A DNA stretch of 46,312 nucleotides from Thalassavirus gary (Duplodnaviria > Heunggongvirae > Uroviricota > Caudoviricetes > Demerecviridae). Positions within the stretch are counted from its first letter, which is position 1; each line of letters starts with the position of its first letter. The stretch lies in the IMG/VR virus record IMGVR_UViG_2974784677_000001; one strand, given 5' to 3'. A program made the position numbers and the translations under genes. Of this stretch, positions 25,001 through 34,497 are shown piece after piece. The notes beneath the pieces are model-generated. The model searched no databases. It saw only the letters and a program-made list of their open reading frames with translations, and was not told the origin of the DNA.

Positions 25001-25097
25001 TGATACTCAATCAATCATGGATAGAGCAGATGATATATTTGATGCTTGGGATGATGCAGCTTATCAAAGAGGCATGAACTCAGACAGACTACGTTAA
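22041..25097 (+). CDS. pb2: Tape measure protein (pb2-like, 1018 aa)
   Basis: N-terminus KLIEELIIKVKQQGA; LLDELGI motif; hydrophobic segment; C-terminal RANGG...VGEHGPEVI. Confidence 0.93.
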   Translation: MANKLIEELIIKVKQQGAKPTEKAITGVGEAFDTAKKNVNAFNSASERVPKYLKKIEESADRAAKSMGKVKFTMDSTTIEASLGRIEGSLEALIGESHDLYDAMAKMNNNLITLFQNMSNELGADLERVEDGLIDVRSEAGKTGDALAKLGKGAGKAGRGLGNQNRQGRNGVRTFSDLAKVAGPLPLLYANIAANVFALSEAFRLLTEGEQLNRLEEVGTIIGSKIGTPVQLIAKDMQKLTGYTLSYGESLRNAAAAASYGFDSEQIEQLTMAARRASIALGVDMQDAMNRVIRGTSKLEIELLDELGITTKLTTAYERYAQQLGISANSLNSYQQRAALVNEINSQSVEKFGDLDEMLRNGAPWEVFGANTASAFQTFMQNISEATSFIPKFFNEIEEGSRRIEEPLDNAKKLLESFSMADGRAGQVGILVEANNQIEELEKRLSVLSQANTSSFSVADLVNYKDEVRNVRTAIDRLRGLMSTQSLGIDAIKEIDGAYRNLNATVKGSVQSYNTSLASIKGQSTSYEKLYADVNSMKVAYEKLAAVDPGFKAADALKQLGFESKFALDRATELARTYRDTNRELAVFAKTQAEAEVQGRYSGKEPEAVKLGLLKEQQNLYTKLLVDQQRLGASSVATAKTSAQIAKIASQTIDTQVALVDVHTKELDTQTRLNMALQPELLIKKDLLSNEKTRLANLQLIQGTHKEQEQSLNRIKQLENEILAAQVAQSNAMMDSALGNLASFAPGIDQMTSSLNGLAMSFNNMGQSSMTTTQMVSSGLNAFQGMLSYSSNQSIQAVDAQIAAEQKRDGKSKESVAKINALEKKKIEQQKKAAKQQILISTAVAVMNAAANPWPVPAIPLMATAALAGGLAYQQASSASSNLVSSASGNTQASLTLGDRSNQVDVSQSASRGELAYIRNESGTGSMQSFTPRANGGIGIPGNSLVVGEHGPEVITPLEPIQAYSAEESRAMGGGYTDNRQLVVQAIDTQSIMDRADDIFDAWDDAAYQRGMNSDRLR

Positions 25098-25098
25098 T

Positions 25099-25127
25099 AA
25101 AAGCCTCCCTATGTGGAGGCCTTTTTA
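25099..25127 (+). terminator. Terminator after the tape measure
   Basis: gcctcc-ctatgt-ggaggc followed by cttttt, with A-tract upstream. Confidence 0.65.
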
Positions 25128-25144
25128 TATCTAAAATTATACTA

Positions 25145-25172
25145 TTGACTTTAGGTTGTTTACGTGTATAAT
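25145..25172 (+). promoter_or_regulatory. Promoter of the baseplate operon
   Basis: TTGACT-16 bp-TATAAT. Confidence 0.65.
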
Positions 25173-25257
25173 TACTTACATAACGAGATATGTCTTACAT
25201 AAAGACTTTAGATATACTACGGCCCATTGACTCGCTCAATGGCATTTTGGAGCATTC

Positions 25258-25875
25258 ATGGCTATTAGATTACCTGATCCATTCACACATCCTGATGAAG
25301 CACCAGGATTCTTAAAAGCTCCGCTGGTAGACAACGAACCTATATTACAGGATGAGTTACCAAACGGAAAAGTGCTTCAAACAAAAAGCTCCGCTCAATT
25401 CTGGAGTGTTAATATTACCTATCCGGACCTATACGAGCTAGAGTATAAATTAGTTTCTTCTGCAATCAACGAAGCAAAACGCACTGGAGATACTATCGAA
25501 ATAGTACTACCACAATATATCAATTACAGGGTTATTGGAGATCTAGCTACTACTAACATACCCGCCAACCAGAAAGGTAGTACAGTAGAAATTACTGGAG
25601 TATCAAGTATACAGGGCGCACCTTACCTTGGTGACCTATTCAAACTTAGTACACATCCCAAAGTATATAAGATAACAAAATTCAAACGTGAAGGTGATAA
25701 ATTCATTATTAATATATATCCAGATTTATTTATAGAGACTGATGGTACAGAGAAACCTATATTTAATGTAGTACCTCTACAGGTACGACTAATGGATAGA
25801 AGCTCTATTACAGATAACGTTAACGCTGACGGAATGTACGAGGGCGTTAGCTACTCGTTTAGGGAGAGTTTATGA
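25258..25875 (+). CDS. pb9: Distal tail protein (pb9-like)
   Basis: RLPDPFTHP...LVDNEP..QDELPNGKV, as in T5 pb9; 205 aa. Confidence 0.92.
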   Translation: MAIRLPDPFTHPDEAPGFLKAPLVDNEPILQDELPNGKVLQTKSSAQFWSVNITYPDLYELEYKLVSSAINEAKRTGDTIEIVLPQYINYRVIGDLATTNIPANQKGSTVEITGVSSIQGAPYLGDLFKLSTHPKVYKITKFKREGDKFIINIYPDLFIETDGTEKPIFNVVPLQVRLMDRSSITDNVNADGMYEGVSYSFRESL

Positions 25876-28715
25876 GTAACATACTAGATTCAGCAAAACA
25901 ACATCTAAGTAATACAGAAAACCTTAAATTGGCTCATCTAGTTTCTTTGGAGTTACCTGGTGAGGAAGGTGTTTTTGTATACTTTACTGACTACTTTAGA
26001 AGCATCACTTTCAAAGGTCATAAATACGAAACTGGTGTAGTTAAGCGCATAGGTGACGTAAAGCAAACAAAAGACTTCAGCATTTATAGAGTACCTGTAC
26101 AAGTTAGTGGGGCTATAGAAGAAGAGATAAATAGAGTTCTTAATTCTAAAAGTTTCTTAAATAGAAAAATAAAGATTCTTAGAGCATTCCTAGATGAGGA
26201 TGGTCAAGTGATCCCTATCTACTCTAATGGGGATACAATTACATACTTTGAAGGTATTATAGTAACCAGCAAGTTAGATGAGACTAATACTAGTTCTGGT
26301 ACTGGGCGATCTACTATTACATGGAACTGTGCGAACAAGAACTATGAACTAGACGCTGTAAATGGTCGTATAACGGATGATGAGTCTCATCGTGGCCTTA
26401 TCAATGTAGGCGGTACTATGCAGCCTTCTGGTTCTGCTAAAAAACCAGAATATCAATTAGATCGTGGTTTCTTCCATGCAGGTAAGTCTGTAAAACTACT
26501 TGCTGAATACCAGACAAAGGAAAAACGTTTTAGATTGAAAAAACGTAGAGCAGGCGGATTCAGGGGGTTGATGGGTCAGAAGCACTACGACATGGAAGAA
26601 TACTGGGCAGACGTTGTAAGGGAAGTAGATATGGATATAAACCTTACAGCAAAATACTTGCCAGTACTTTATGGTGTTCAGAAAGTATCAGGTATTCCTA
26701 TCTTCTTTGACACAGATATTGGTAATCCTGAGGAAGTGTGGGCTGTATATGCTTTCTGTGAAGGAGAAATTGATGGTTTTCTTGATATATTCTTTGGTGA
26801 CAATCCTATGATCTGTGTATCAGAGAATGATCAAGAGAAACGTGCCTGTGTAGGTATGAAAAGAAATAATGGTGATACTATAGGAGCACTAGCACCTAAA
26901 AGTGGAAGAACAGCCCCAAGTAACCACGGAGAACACTATATCTACAATGATGGAGACGGCCCTATAGAGTTCTGGACGTTCCACGGATCAAGTACACAAG
27001 ATGCTGCCAAGATTCTTGTCGATAAAGCGGCTGCTGGTGAATTTAAGCTACAGAGTGATGGTAGCTACGGTTCAGAATATTGGGACGATACATTCAAGTT
27101 ACTAGACACAGCATACGTTGTTGTTAAGTATACTCTAAATGAAAACAGAACAAGTATTCCAGAAGTTTCAGCAGAAATACAGGGTAAGAAAATCCCAGTA
27201 TACCACGAAGACGGAACATCCACTAGCGATAAGACCTCACTTAACCTAGCATGGCAAGCACTAGACTATCTAAGAAGTACAACTTATGGGGCGGGCCTTA
27301 CTCTAGATGAGATAGATTTACCAGCCATTCAAGAATGTGCTAAGATAATGGATGACATTGATAACTCTTACGAGCCAGCTTGGGTTCCTTACTGGAGATA
27401 CCTTGGATGGGAGGATTATAAGGCTGAGAATAGACAGATACTACAGGGATCGGGGCTACTATCTACTAGTGATACGGTATTTAAAAATATTCAGGCTTTA
27501 ATAGGGCAGTTCGATGCCTCATTGAATATAGTTAGTGGTAAATATACTCTTACTATGGAAGCTAATCGTCCCCCTATCTATGATATAGATGAGGGTGATA
27601 TTATAAATGGAAGCATTCAAGTATCAGATAATTCCATGGATCAAAAATATAATGCTGTTCAGGCCAGTATCATGGACCCATCTAAAGGTTGGGGTACTAA
27701 TACCATTACGTTCTTCAATAAGGACTATAAACTAGAAGATAACGGTAAAGATAGGAAAGCTAATATATCTTTCCCATTTATTACTAACTACTATACAGCT
27801 AGAACCCGTGCAGAATACTACTTACGAAGATCTAGATATAATAGAACTGTGTCTTTCGAGCTACCTTTTACATTTATGTGGTTGTACCCAAATGCCAATA
27901 TAACTCTTACTAAGAAGCGTTATAATTGGGATAAGAAGACATTCATGATACAGGATATGACATGGATGGCCAATGGCCACATCAAAGTAGTAGCAAGAGA
28001 ATACGATGAAACAATGTTCTTAAGCTCTGGACAAGTAGATAATAGTAATAATCAGATACCTGATGTAGTTGTGAATGTACTACCCCCTAGAGATCTTAAG
28101 TATGAACCTAAGGTAGGGGATAATAAAGTGGGCCTTAATGGTACATTATCTTGGTTTCCTAGCTTGTCTAAACGAGTAGCGTACTACACTATTAAGTATA
28201 CTGGACTTACGGATCTTATCACTATCCCTGCTCCAGGTAACATAGCTCCAGCGCAGAGAATAGAGTTACCACTATATAATTTAGCAGAAGGTGAGTATAC
28301 TTTTGAAGTGCGTGCGGTGTCATTCGATGGTGAAACAAGTATGCCTATAAGTATTACAGAGAAAATAAACCCTAGTGCGATACTGCCTATGATTGAAAAT
28401 TTCGTTATAGTAAATCGAGCAGTAGTATCTGGTAACGTATTCGTAGGTAAAGACTTACAGTTAGCATGGGATGAGTTAATTGAGGGTAGGTCAGTAGACG
28501 GCTTCAAGTACCACTTGAGATTTATCTCTGGTGATACCGGAGACACACTAAGAGATGTTACTACAACAAGCACCACTTTCACATACACCCTAGCGATGAA
28601 TAAGGGAGACTTCAAACTCTTACATGGTACTCTAGGTATACACAGAAATATGACGGTGTATATTAGAGGTGAGGGTTATAACAATATAACTTCAATTAAT
28701 TGGACGGTATTATGA
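25872..28715 (+). CDS. pb3: Baseplate hub / Tal protein (pb3-like)
   Basis: 947 aa; AHLVSLELP, YLPVLYG, C-terminal FnIII-like regions; synteny. Confidence 0.92.
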   Translation: MSNILDSAKQHLSNTENLKLAHLVSLELPGEEGVFVYFTDYFRSITFKGHKYETGVVKRIGDVKQTKDFSIYRVPVQVSGAIEEEINRVLNSKSFLNRKIKILRAFLDEDGQVIPIYSNGDTITYFEGIIVTSKLDETNTSSGTGRSTITWNCANKNYELDAVNGRITDDESHRGLINVGGTMQPSGSAKKPEYQLDRGFFHAGKSVKLLAEYQTKEKRFRLKKRRAGGFRGLMGQKHYDMEEYWADVVREVDMDINLTAKYLPVLYGVQKVSGIPIFFDTDIGNPEEVWAVYAFCEGEIDGFLDIFFGDNPMICVSENDQEKRACVGMKRNNGDTIGALAPKSGRTAPSNHGEHYIYNDGDGPIEFWTFHGSSTQDAAKILVDKAAAGEFKLQSDGSYGSEYWDDTFKLLDTAYVVVKYTLNENRTSIPEVSAEIQGKKIPVYHEDGTSTSDKTSLNLAWQALDYLRSTTYGAGLTLDEIDLPAIQECAKIMDDIDNSYEPAWVPYWRYLGWEDYKAENRQILQGSGLLSTSDTVFKNIQALIGQFDASLNIVSGKYTLTMEANRPPIYDIDEGDIINGSIQVSDNSMDQKYNAVQASIMDPSKGWGTNTITFFNKDYKLEDNGKDRKANISFPFITNYYTARTRAEYYLRRSRYNRTVSFELPFTFMWLYPNANITLTKKRYNWDKKTFMIQDMTWMANGHIKVVAREYDETMFLSSGQVDNSNNQIPDVVVNVLPPRDLKYEPKVGDNKVGLNGTLSWFPSLSKRVAYYTIKYTGLTDLITIPAPGNIAPAQRIELPLYNLAEGEYTFEVRAVSFDGETSMPISITEKINPSAILPMIENFVIVNRAVVSGNVFVGKDLQLAWDELIEGRSVDGFKYHLRFISGDTGDTLRDVTTTSTTFTYTLAMNKGDFKLLHGTLGIHRNMTVYIRGEGYNNITSINWTVL

Positions 28716-31036
28716 TTGAAAACACACTGCCTAGGAAACTAGTCCTAGGCTCTATTGTACCGGGATATACTAAAGTGTACATCCCACACTCTATCTTCGA
28801 GGACGAGGATATAGTTGGTAAGGTATTCTGGGTAAACAATACTAAGTTCGTAGATACCAATACAAGTGTATTCTATACTATTATTGATAACCTAACACAG
28901 AATACAACATATGATGATATCATAGGGTCTTATTATGACGCTATGATTGATTCTGAGTTATTAGATAATAAGATAGGTCTTAATTTATCTGATGTAGCTA
29001 CTACTAAGACATTAGCGTACCCGACTATAGATAATGTTATAGTAGGAGCTCAGGAAGTCGATGTCGGCGTAGGCGATCCTATAATTACAATGGATATACT
29101 TGGTTCTGCCGACTCTATTCGTATAGACAAAAAGCTGTCATCAGAAGACGATACTAAATGGGCACCTGCATACAGTGGTAGCCCTGATGGTGTGTCTTTT
29201 ACTACAGGTAGAGGCACGTATGACTTTAGGGTAGTTGGGTTTATTTACTTTCCTGATGGTGTTACTACAGAATTCTCTCCTTATAATATAGTAAGAAATG
29301 TTAAAGTAGAGAACATGTTCCGTCCACCAAGTGCTCCTAATAATGTCTCATTTAAGGTAGCAAAAATAATGGATGGGATGGAAAGGTATGATCTACAAGT
29401 CGCTTGGGACTGGAATAAAGGTACTGGCAGTTCTGTCAGAGAATTTGTTCTTTACTTTGTAGAGACTAGCGAGTATAATAAAACCAGATGGGAAAAAGCC
29501 AGCAAGGTTAATAGTGGCGCGGCTCAAGCCTCTGTTATTACAAGTTTCCCATTTAATAAAGAATATAAATTTAAGGTGGCGTCAGTAGCATGGGGGCCAG
29601 ACGACCAAGCTATAGTAGACTCATCTATTGCTACCTTTAAGATTGATAAGAATACTCCAATAGATTCTTCATTCACTAATAATACTGGTATAGAAGTAAC
29701 ATATGACCATATAAAAGCTTATAGAAATATAAGTGGGTCTAAGGAACAAACATTCCTACTAGATGCAAATACAGGTGCTCTGGCAATAGGTAAACTTGAT
29801 ATTCATGGTAAAGCGCCAGTATCAGTAGACCCTAATAGTGGTAATGTAAACGTTGATGGGGCGGTAATATCCAAGACAATGTACTCTGCCTCGTTCGTGC
29901 TATCCAATCTAACAGGTAAAGATAATCCTAGTATTAGAACTGCATCTAAAACTGGTTTTGGTCAGTCTGCTCAAGGTATGTGGATGGGTTATGCGAACAA
30001 CGATTCTAAATTCAAGTTCGACCTAGGAGACTCTACTAGCTTCATAAGATGGGATGGGGATAAGTTAGTTATTTCTGGTAAAGTTCAGATTGGTACTCCA
30101 GGCGGTAATGTTGATATTGATAAAGGTATACAAGGTAACTTCGTAGCTAATATCTACAAAGCATCACAAACAAAACCTGGTAAACCTACTAGTAACGCTT
30201 TCCCACCAACAGGGTGGAGCGAAGTACCTATTACAAGTTCTAGTGGGTTAGTGTGGATTTCTACAGCAGTAATTGATTCTAAAACTAATAAGGTAGCTGC
30301 CAATAGTGCATGGTCTACCCCTATACAGTTTACAGCGGCCGCAGGTAAGGATGGTATAGCCTCAGTACTTATATACAGACAATCAGTGTCCAAACCTAGT
30401 ACACCTACTAATAAGGCAATCCCTCCATCTGGGTGGTCATTACAGATTCCAGCTAGAATAGCCGGACAATCTATCTGGGTATGCAGTGCTATTAGGACAG
30501 GTACAGAGCCTAATATAACAGGTAGCTGGTCAGCGCCAAGCAAGTTAAGCGGCGATGATGGTAAGCCCGGTGCTAATGGTAAGCCAGGAGCAGATGGTAA
30601 ACCCGGTGCTAACGGTAAGCCGGGGGCCGATGGACGACCTGGGTCTAATGGTGTAAGAGGCCCAGGTTTCTATGCACAAGCAATCTCTGGATTCTCTAGA
30701 TTTAATAACACTTCAGCAGCTACGTTCTTTAGGAACACGTTTAATAGCAACCCTGTTAAGTATGATGTATTAACACAATTCAATTCTAGCAACCCAGCCA
30801 TAGCAGAAACTAAGCAATGGAATGGTTCTAGTTGGGTTAGTGCGGCTCTACTTGTTCATGGTAACATGCTTGTAAATGGGTCTATAACTACTGAGAAGAT
30901 AGTGGCCGATAATGCTTTCTTACAGAAAATTGGAGTTAACAAAATCTATGATAATAGCGCAGCCCAATCATCTAACCCAGAAGCAACGTATAAAATGAAG
31001 ATAGACCTCTCTGCAGGCTCTATACATATAAGATAA
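28712..31036 (+). CDS. pb4: Central straight fibre (pb4-like, 774 aa) with collagen-like repeat
   Basis: MIENTLPRKLVLGSI resembles the T5 pb4 N-terminus; FnIII PPSAP; 13 Gly-X-Y triplets at 30551-30667. Confidence 0.88.
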   Translation: MIENTLPRKLVLGSIVPGYTKVYIPHSIFEDEDIVGKVFWVNNTKFVDTNTSVFYTIIDNLTQNTTYDDIIGSYYDAMIDSELLDNKIGLNLSDVATTKTLAYPTIDNVIVGAQEVDVGVGDPIITMDILGSADSIRIDKKLSSEDDTKWAPAYSGSPDGVSFTTGRGTYDFRVVGFIYFPDGVTTEFSPYNIVRNVKVENMFRPPSAPNNVSFKVAKIMDGMERYDLQVAWDWNKGTGSSVREFVLYFVETSEYNKTRWEKASKVNSGAAQASVITSFPFNKEYKFKVASVAWGPDDQAIVDSSIATFKIDKNTPIDSSFTNNTGIEVTYDHIKAYRNISGSKEQTFLLDANTGALAIGKLDIHGKAPVSVDPNSGNVNVDGAVISKTMYSASFVLSNLTGKDNPSIRTASKTGFGQSAQGMWMGYANNDSKFKFDLGDSTSFIRWDGDKLVISGKVQIGTPGGNVDIDKGIQGNFVANIYKASQTKPGKPTSNAFPPTGWSEVPITSSSGLVWISTAVIDSKTNKVAANSAWSTPIQFTAAAGKDGIASVLIYRQSVSKPSTPTNKAIPPSGWSLQIPARIAGQSIWVCSAIRTGTEPNITGSWSAPSKLSGDDGKPGANGKPGADGKPGANGKPGADGRPGSNGVRGPGFYAQAISGFSRFNNTSAATFFRNTFNSNPVKYDVLTQFNSSNPAIAETKQWNGSSWVSAALLVHGNMLVNGSITTEKIVADNAFLQKIGVNKIYDNSAAQSSNPEATYKMKIDLSAGSIHIR

Positions 31037-31038
31037 TT

Positions 31039-31821
31039 ATGAGTAAAATAGTCAATTTAAAGATAGAAGAGGGAGCTACTTTTTCTCACGTATTGAAATT
31101 TACTACTGATAAAGTAACGGGTCAACAACTAGACCCGCTTACTAATAAGTTAGTCCCTATCAAACAAAAAGGCCCTATAAACTTAACTGGTTATACTATT
31201 GTAGCTCAGTTAAGGACAGCGTTCTCAGATAAAGCAGACCTAATAGTAAATTTCGAAGCAACCATAGCTTCTGGTGCAACGGGATTAGCATACATAGGGT
31301 TAACTAAAGAACAGACAGCAGGACTAGGCAAATTCGCCAATAAGAAAATAATTGGATTAGGTTCTGAAAGGGTATACGAGCTTGGATTCTATGATGTACT
31401 ATTAATAAGCCCTAAAGGTTCAGCAACTAGAGTATATCAAGGTAAGTGTTATTTAAGTAGAGCGGCTACACTAGATCCACTTATTGAAACAGGTCTTGGT
31501 AGTACAGTATCTAAGACACCTCTTACAGCTATAGGCACCACATCTACATTAGTAGTGGATAATACAAAACCACACTATTTCGCAGGTATTAGATACTTTA
31601 GCGGAGGTATACAAGTTACTCCTACAGACGGTACTGTACAGATATTTAAGAAACCAGATACTTCTAGTACCTTCCAATCATCTCCGGTAGGTACTATATC
31701 AGCAGCTGTTCCTACAGCGGAAGTTACTTGGTATGGTAACTCTAAGGAAGTGAAGGCAGTACCTAATAACGTACTTGGAGCTGATTTCTACCAATTAGTA
31801 GTTGTAAGCAATATTTCATAA
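31039..31821 (+). CDS. Collar / lateral-fibre anchoring protein (p132-like) with extra C-terminal domain
   Basis: PINLTGYT..., GFYDVLL, RVYQGKCYLS BppU/p132-like pattern in the first ~147 aa. Confidence 0.75.
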   Translation: MSKIVNLKIEEGATFSHVLKFTTDKVTGQQLDPLTNKLVPIKQKGPINLTGYTIVAQLRTAFSDKADLIVNFEATIASGATGLAYIGLTKEQTAGLGKFANKKIIGLGSERVYELGFYDVLLISPKGSATRVYQGKCYLSRAATLDPLIETGLGSTVSKTPLTAIGTTSTLVVDNTKPHYFAGIRYFSGGIQVTPTDGTVQIFKKPDTSSTFQSSPVGTISAAVPTAEVTWYGNSKEVKAVPNNVLGADFYQLVVVSNIS

Positions 31822-31830
31822 GGAGCAACA

Positions 31831-34488
31831 ATGGCAGATAATATTGAAATTGAACAAAGAGTGTTAGACGGGGACTTAATTGGCCCTGTCAATGCTGAAA
31901 TAGATACTGAAGATTTCACTGGTCGAGTAGCTATAGAGAATAGTCTACTAGACGGTACTGGTTCTGAAATCTCAGTAGAACTATCAGAAAGCCTTGGAGT
32001 CGTTGGTATAGATGACTTAGTAGAGGTTAAGGCTGAAATAGATAAGTCTGTATTAAAAGCTGAGTCAACAGTAACTGAGGCTCAGAAACAGATTGATAAA
32101 GCCAACGCCACTATCGCTTCTCTCAACGCTATTAGCACTCAAATAACTAATCTAGTAGGTGAGGCTAAACAAGCAGCATCTACCGCTACTAATGAGGCTG
32201 CGGATGCTGAAAGAAGTGAAAATGCAGCAGCAGGTAGTGCAAAAGCCGCATCTGACTCACAAAGTGCAGCAGCAGGTAGTGCAAAAGCTGCATCTGACTC
32301 ACAAAGTGCAGCAGCAGAAAGCCAAGCCCAAGCTTTAGCATCTCAAAAAGCCGCCAAGACCTCTGAAACTAATGCTAGTGGTTCTGAAGCTAGAACATTA
32401 CAAAGCGAGAAAAATGCAGCTGCCTCGGCAAAGGAAGCTGATACAGATCAAAAAGCAGCACTGGAAGCTCAAAAAGCAGCAGAACTCGCAAGAGATGCTG
32501 CCAAATCTAGCGAGAATAAGTCCAGTACATATGCAGGTAATGCTTACAGTTCTAAGACAGATGCAGAAACAGCCCTAGCAGCAGCTAAGAAATCAGAAGC
32601 TGCTGCGGCACAATCAGCTAAAGAAGCAGAAACGTCAGCATCCTCTATGACTCAATCTGTAGCGGACGCCAGTGCAGCTAGAGATGCTGCTATAGCTGCT
32701 AGAGATCGTTCAGAGTCAGCTAGAGATACTTCAGTTAGTCAAGCTAGATTAGCTACTACAAAAGCGTCTGAGGCCTCTTCTAGTGCAGCAGAAGCTTCTT
32801 CTAGCGCATCAGCAGCAAAAACTAGCGAAACAAATGCTCTAAACAGCCAACGTGCAGCTAAGACGTCTGAGACAAATTCAAAAACCTCAGAGACTAACTC
32901 AAAAGCTTCTGAGGGAGTTGCTTTAGCCTCAAAAGATTCTGCAGCCAAAAGTGCAGCAGATGCTAACGCCAGTGCAGCAGACGCTAAAAAGTCTCAAGAT
33001 GCTGCTAAAGCCTCACGTGACGAGGCAGAACATTTTGCAGTGGAACTACGTAAAGGTAGTGTATATAGAGGTATTTGGAATCCAAACTCTAATAAGTACC
33101 CAGATGTTCCACCAACTAACTCTCGTTGGGACGTACAGCTTAACAAAGGGCAATTAGAGAAGATATTTGATGGTAAAGAATGGAACTGGGGTGACAGATT
33201 AATATATGTATTAGAAACCAAGTCATTCGATATAATCGACTCTGGTACAGGTGTTACTAGCATTAACGGTGAAACCGGATCAGTTACTATCAATAGAGAT
33301 ACTCTAGGTGCTTTAGGCAAAACTGAAAAGGCAGCAGATAGCGCTAAGTTAGAAGGAAGCAGCAAAGCCCAAATCATTGCTAAAGCTCGTGAAGGGCTTG
33401 GGGCTTCTGGTACTAGCTATACTAAGGCGGAGTCTGATAGCAAATACTTACCTAAAGAAGGAAAAGCAGCTGATTCTAATCTGATAGATGGTATAGATTC
33501 TTCTAGGTTAGTTTACGGGTATAACCAGTATGGTACTACTATATCAATTGACCTTAATACTAATGATAAGTCAAATTTCATTGAAATGAAGGATGCAGTA
33601 ACAACTAATAAACCTGGTAGAGCAACTTCTTGGGTTTGGGGCTGGCAAACTAGTCACTCATATAATAGTGATACTAGAAGATTCGGGGCTCAGTTAGTAG
33701 TTAACCAAGATAATCAAGCCTACTATAGAGTACAGGATATTAATGGTTTTGGTACTTGGGCTCATATTTACTCTACTGCGTTCAAGCCTACTGCTGCTGA
33801 TGTAGGAGCATACAGTAAATCAGAAGCAGATGGTAAATACTTCCAAAAAGAAATACTTGCATCTCGTGATTTTGCCAAGCCGGACTTTGAGCCCGCTAGT
33901 CTACCATCTGGAAACTATAGAGAGAACTCTGTATCAGGATCTCTAGGGCAGGTGGCTTGGTTTAATGGATCAGGCACCTCTACAGGTGGTTTTGGTGTAC
34001 AAGTAGGATATAATTATGCGCCACGAATTATATCATATACTGATACTAATAAGACTAGAAAAGTAGAACATATATTATATACAAACCTTAATAAACCAAC
34101 ACTAGAAGATGTTGCCAAAACTACTACTACCGTTAAGAATTTACAACTAGCCTCGAATACTTGGACTACTCTACTAGGTAAAACTGACGGTCTTACAGAG
34201 ACAGGAGTTTACCAGATATTAGTAACATATTCATCTTACCAACAAGGTGGTGGGGCTTACCTTCAACACTATACTGGGCAGTTTGCTTGGTATGCGGGGA
34301 ACACTAATAGCCCTAATACCTCAGAAATACCGCTACACCATATGGGTCATGCCGATAGTGGTGAGTATATATACTTACGAACACAAATTCGCATGGGTAA
34401 CAAAGGTGATCAGACAGTGGATATTAAGTGCAACAAATCCCATACTAAACCAGTAGCCTTTACTGTTAAGTTAGTAAAAATAATGTAA
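31831..34488 (+). CDS. Lateral (L-shaped) tail fibre 1
   Basis: 885 aa; Ala/Ser-rich coiled-coil repeats, KPTAADVGAY motifs, knob-like domains; pb1/LtfA position. Confidence 0.85.
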   Translation: MADNIEIEQRVLDGDLIGPVNAEIDTEDFTGRVAIENSLLDGTGSEISVELSESLGVVGIDDLVEVKAEIDKSVLKAESTVTEAQKQIDKANATIASLNAISTQITNLVGEAKQAASTATNEAADAERSENAAAGSAKAASDSQSAAAGSAKAASDSQSAAAESQAQALASQKAAKTSETNASGSEARTLQSEKNAAASAKEADTDQKAALEAQKAAELARDAAKSSENKSSTYAGNAYSSKTDAETALAAAKKSEAAAAQSAKEAETSASSMTQSVADASAARDAAIAARDRSESARDTSVSQARLATTKASEASSSAAEASSSASAAKTSETNALNSQRAAKTSETNSKTSETNSKASEGVALASKDSAAKSAADANASAADAKKSQDAAKASRDEAEHFAVELRKGSVYRGIWNPNSNKYPDVPPTNSRWDVQLNKGQLEKIFDGKEWNWGDRLIYVLETKSFDIIDSGTGVTSINGETGSVTINRDTLGALGKTEKAADSAKLEGSSKAQIIAKAREGLGASGTSYTKAESDSKYLPKEGKAADSNLIDGIDSSRLVYGYNQYGTTISIDLNTNDKSNFIEMKDAVTTNKPGRATSWVWGWQTSHSYNSDTRRFGAQLVVNQDNQAYYRVQDINGFGTWAHIYSTAFKPTAADVGAYSKSEADGKYFQKEILASRDFAKPDFEPASLPSGNYRENSVSGSLGQVAWFNGSGTSTGGFGVQVGYNYAPRIISYTDTNKTRKVEHILYTNLNKPTLEDVAKTTTTVKNLQLASNTWTTLLGKTDGLTETGVYQILVTYSSYQQGGGAYLQHYTGQFAWYAGNTNSPNTSEIPLHHMGHADSGEYIYLRTQIRMGNKGDQTVDIKCNKSHTKPVAFTVKLVKIM
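32223..32317 (+). repeat. 42-bp in-frame tandem duplication (about 2.3 copies)
   Basis: tgcagcagcaggtagtgcaaaagc(c/t)gcatctgactcacaaag x2, one mismatch. Confidence 0.9.
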
Positions 34489-34497
34489 GGAGTTATA

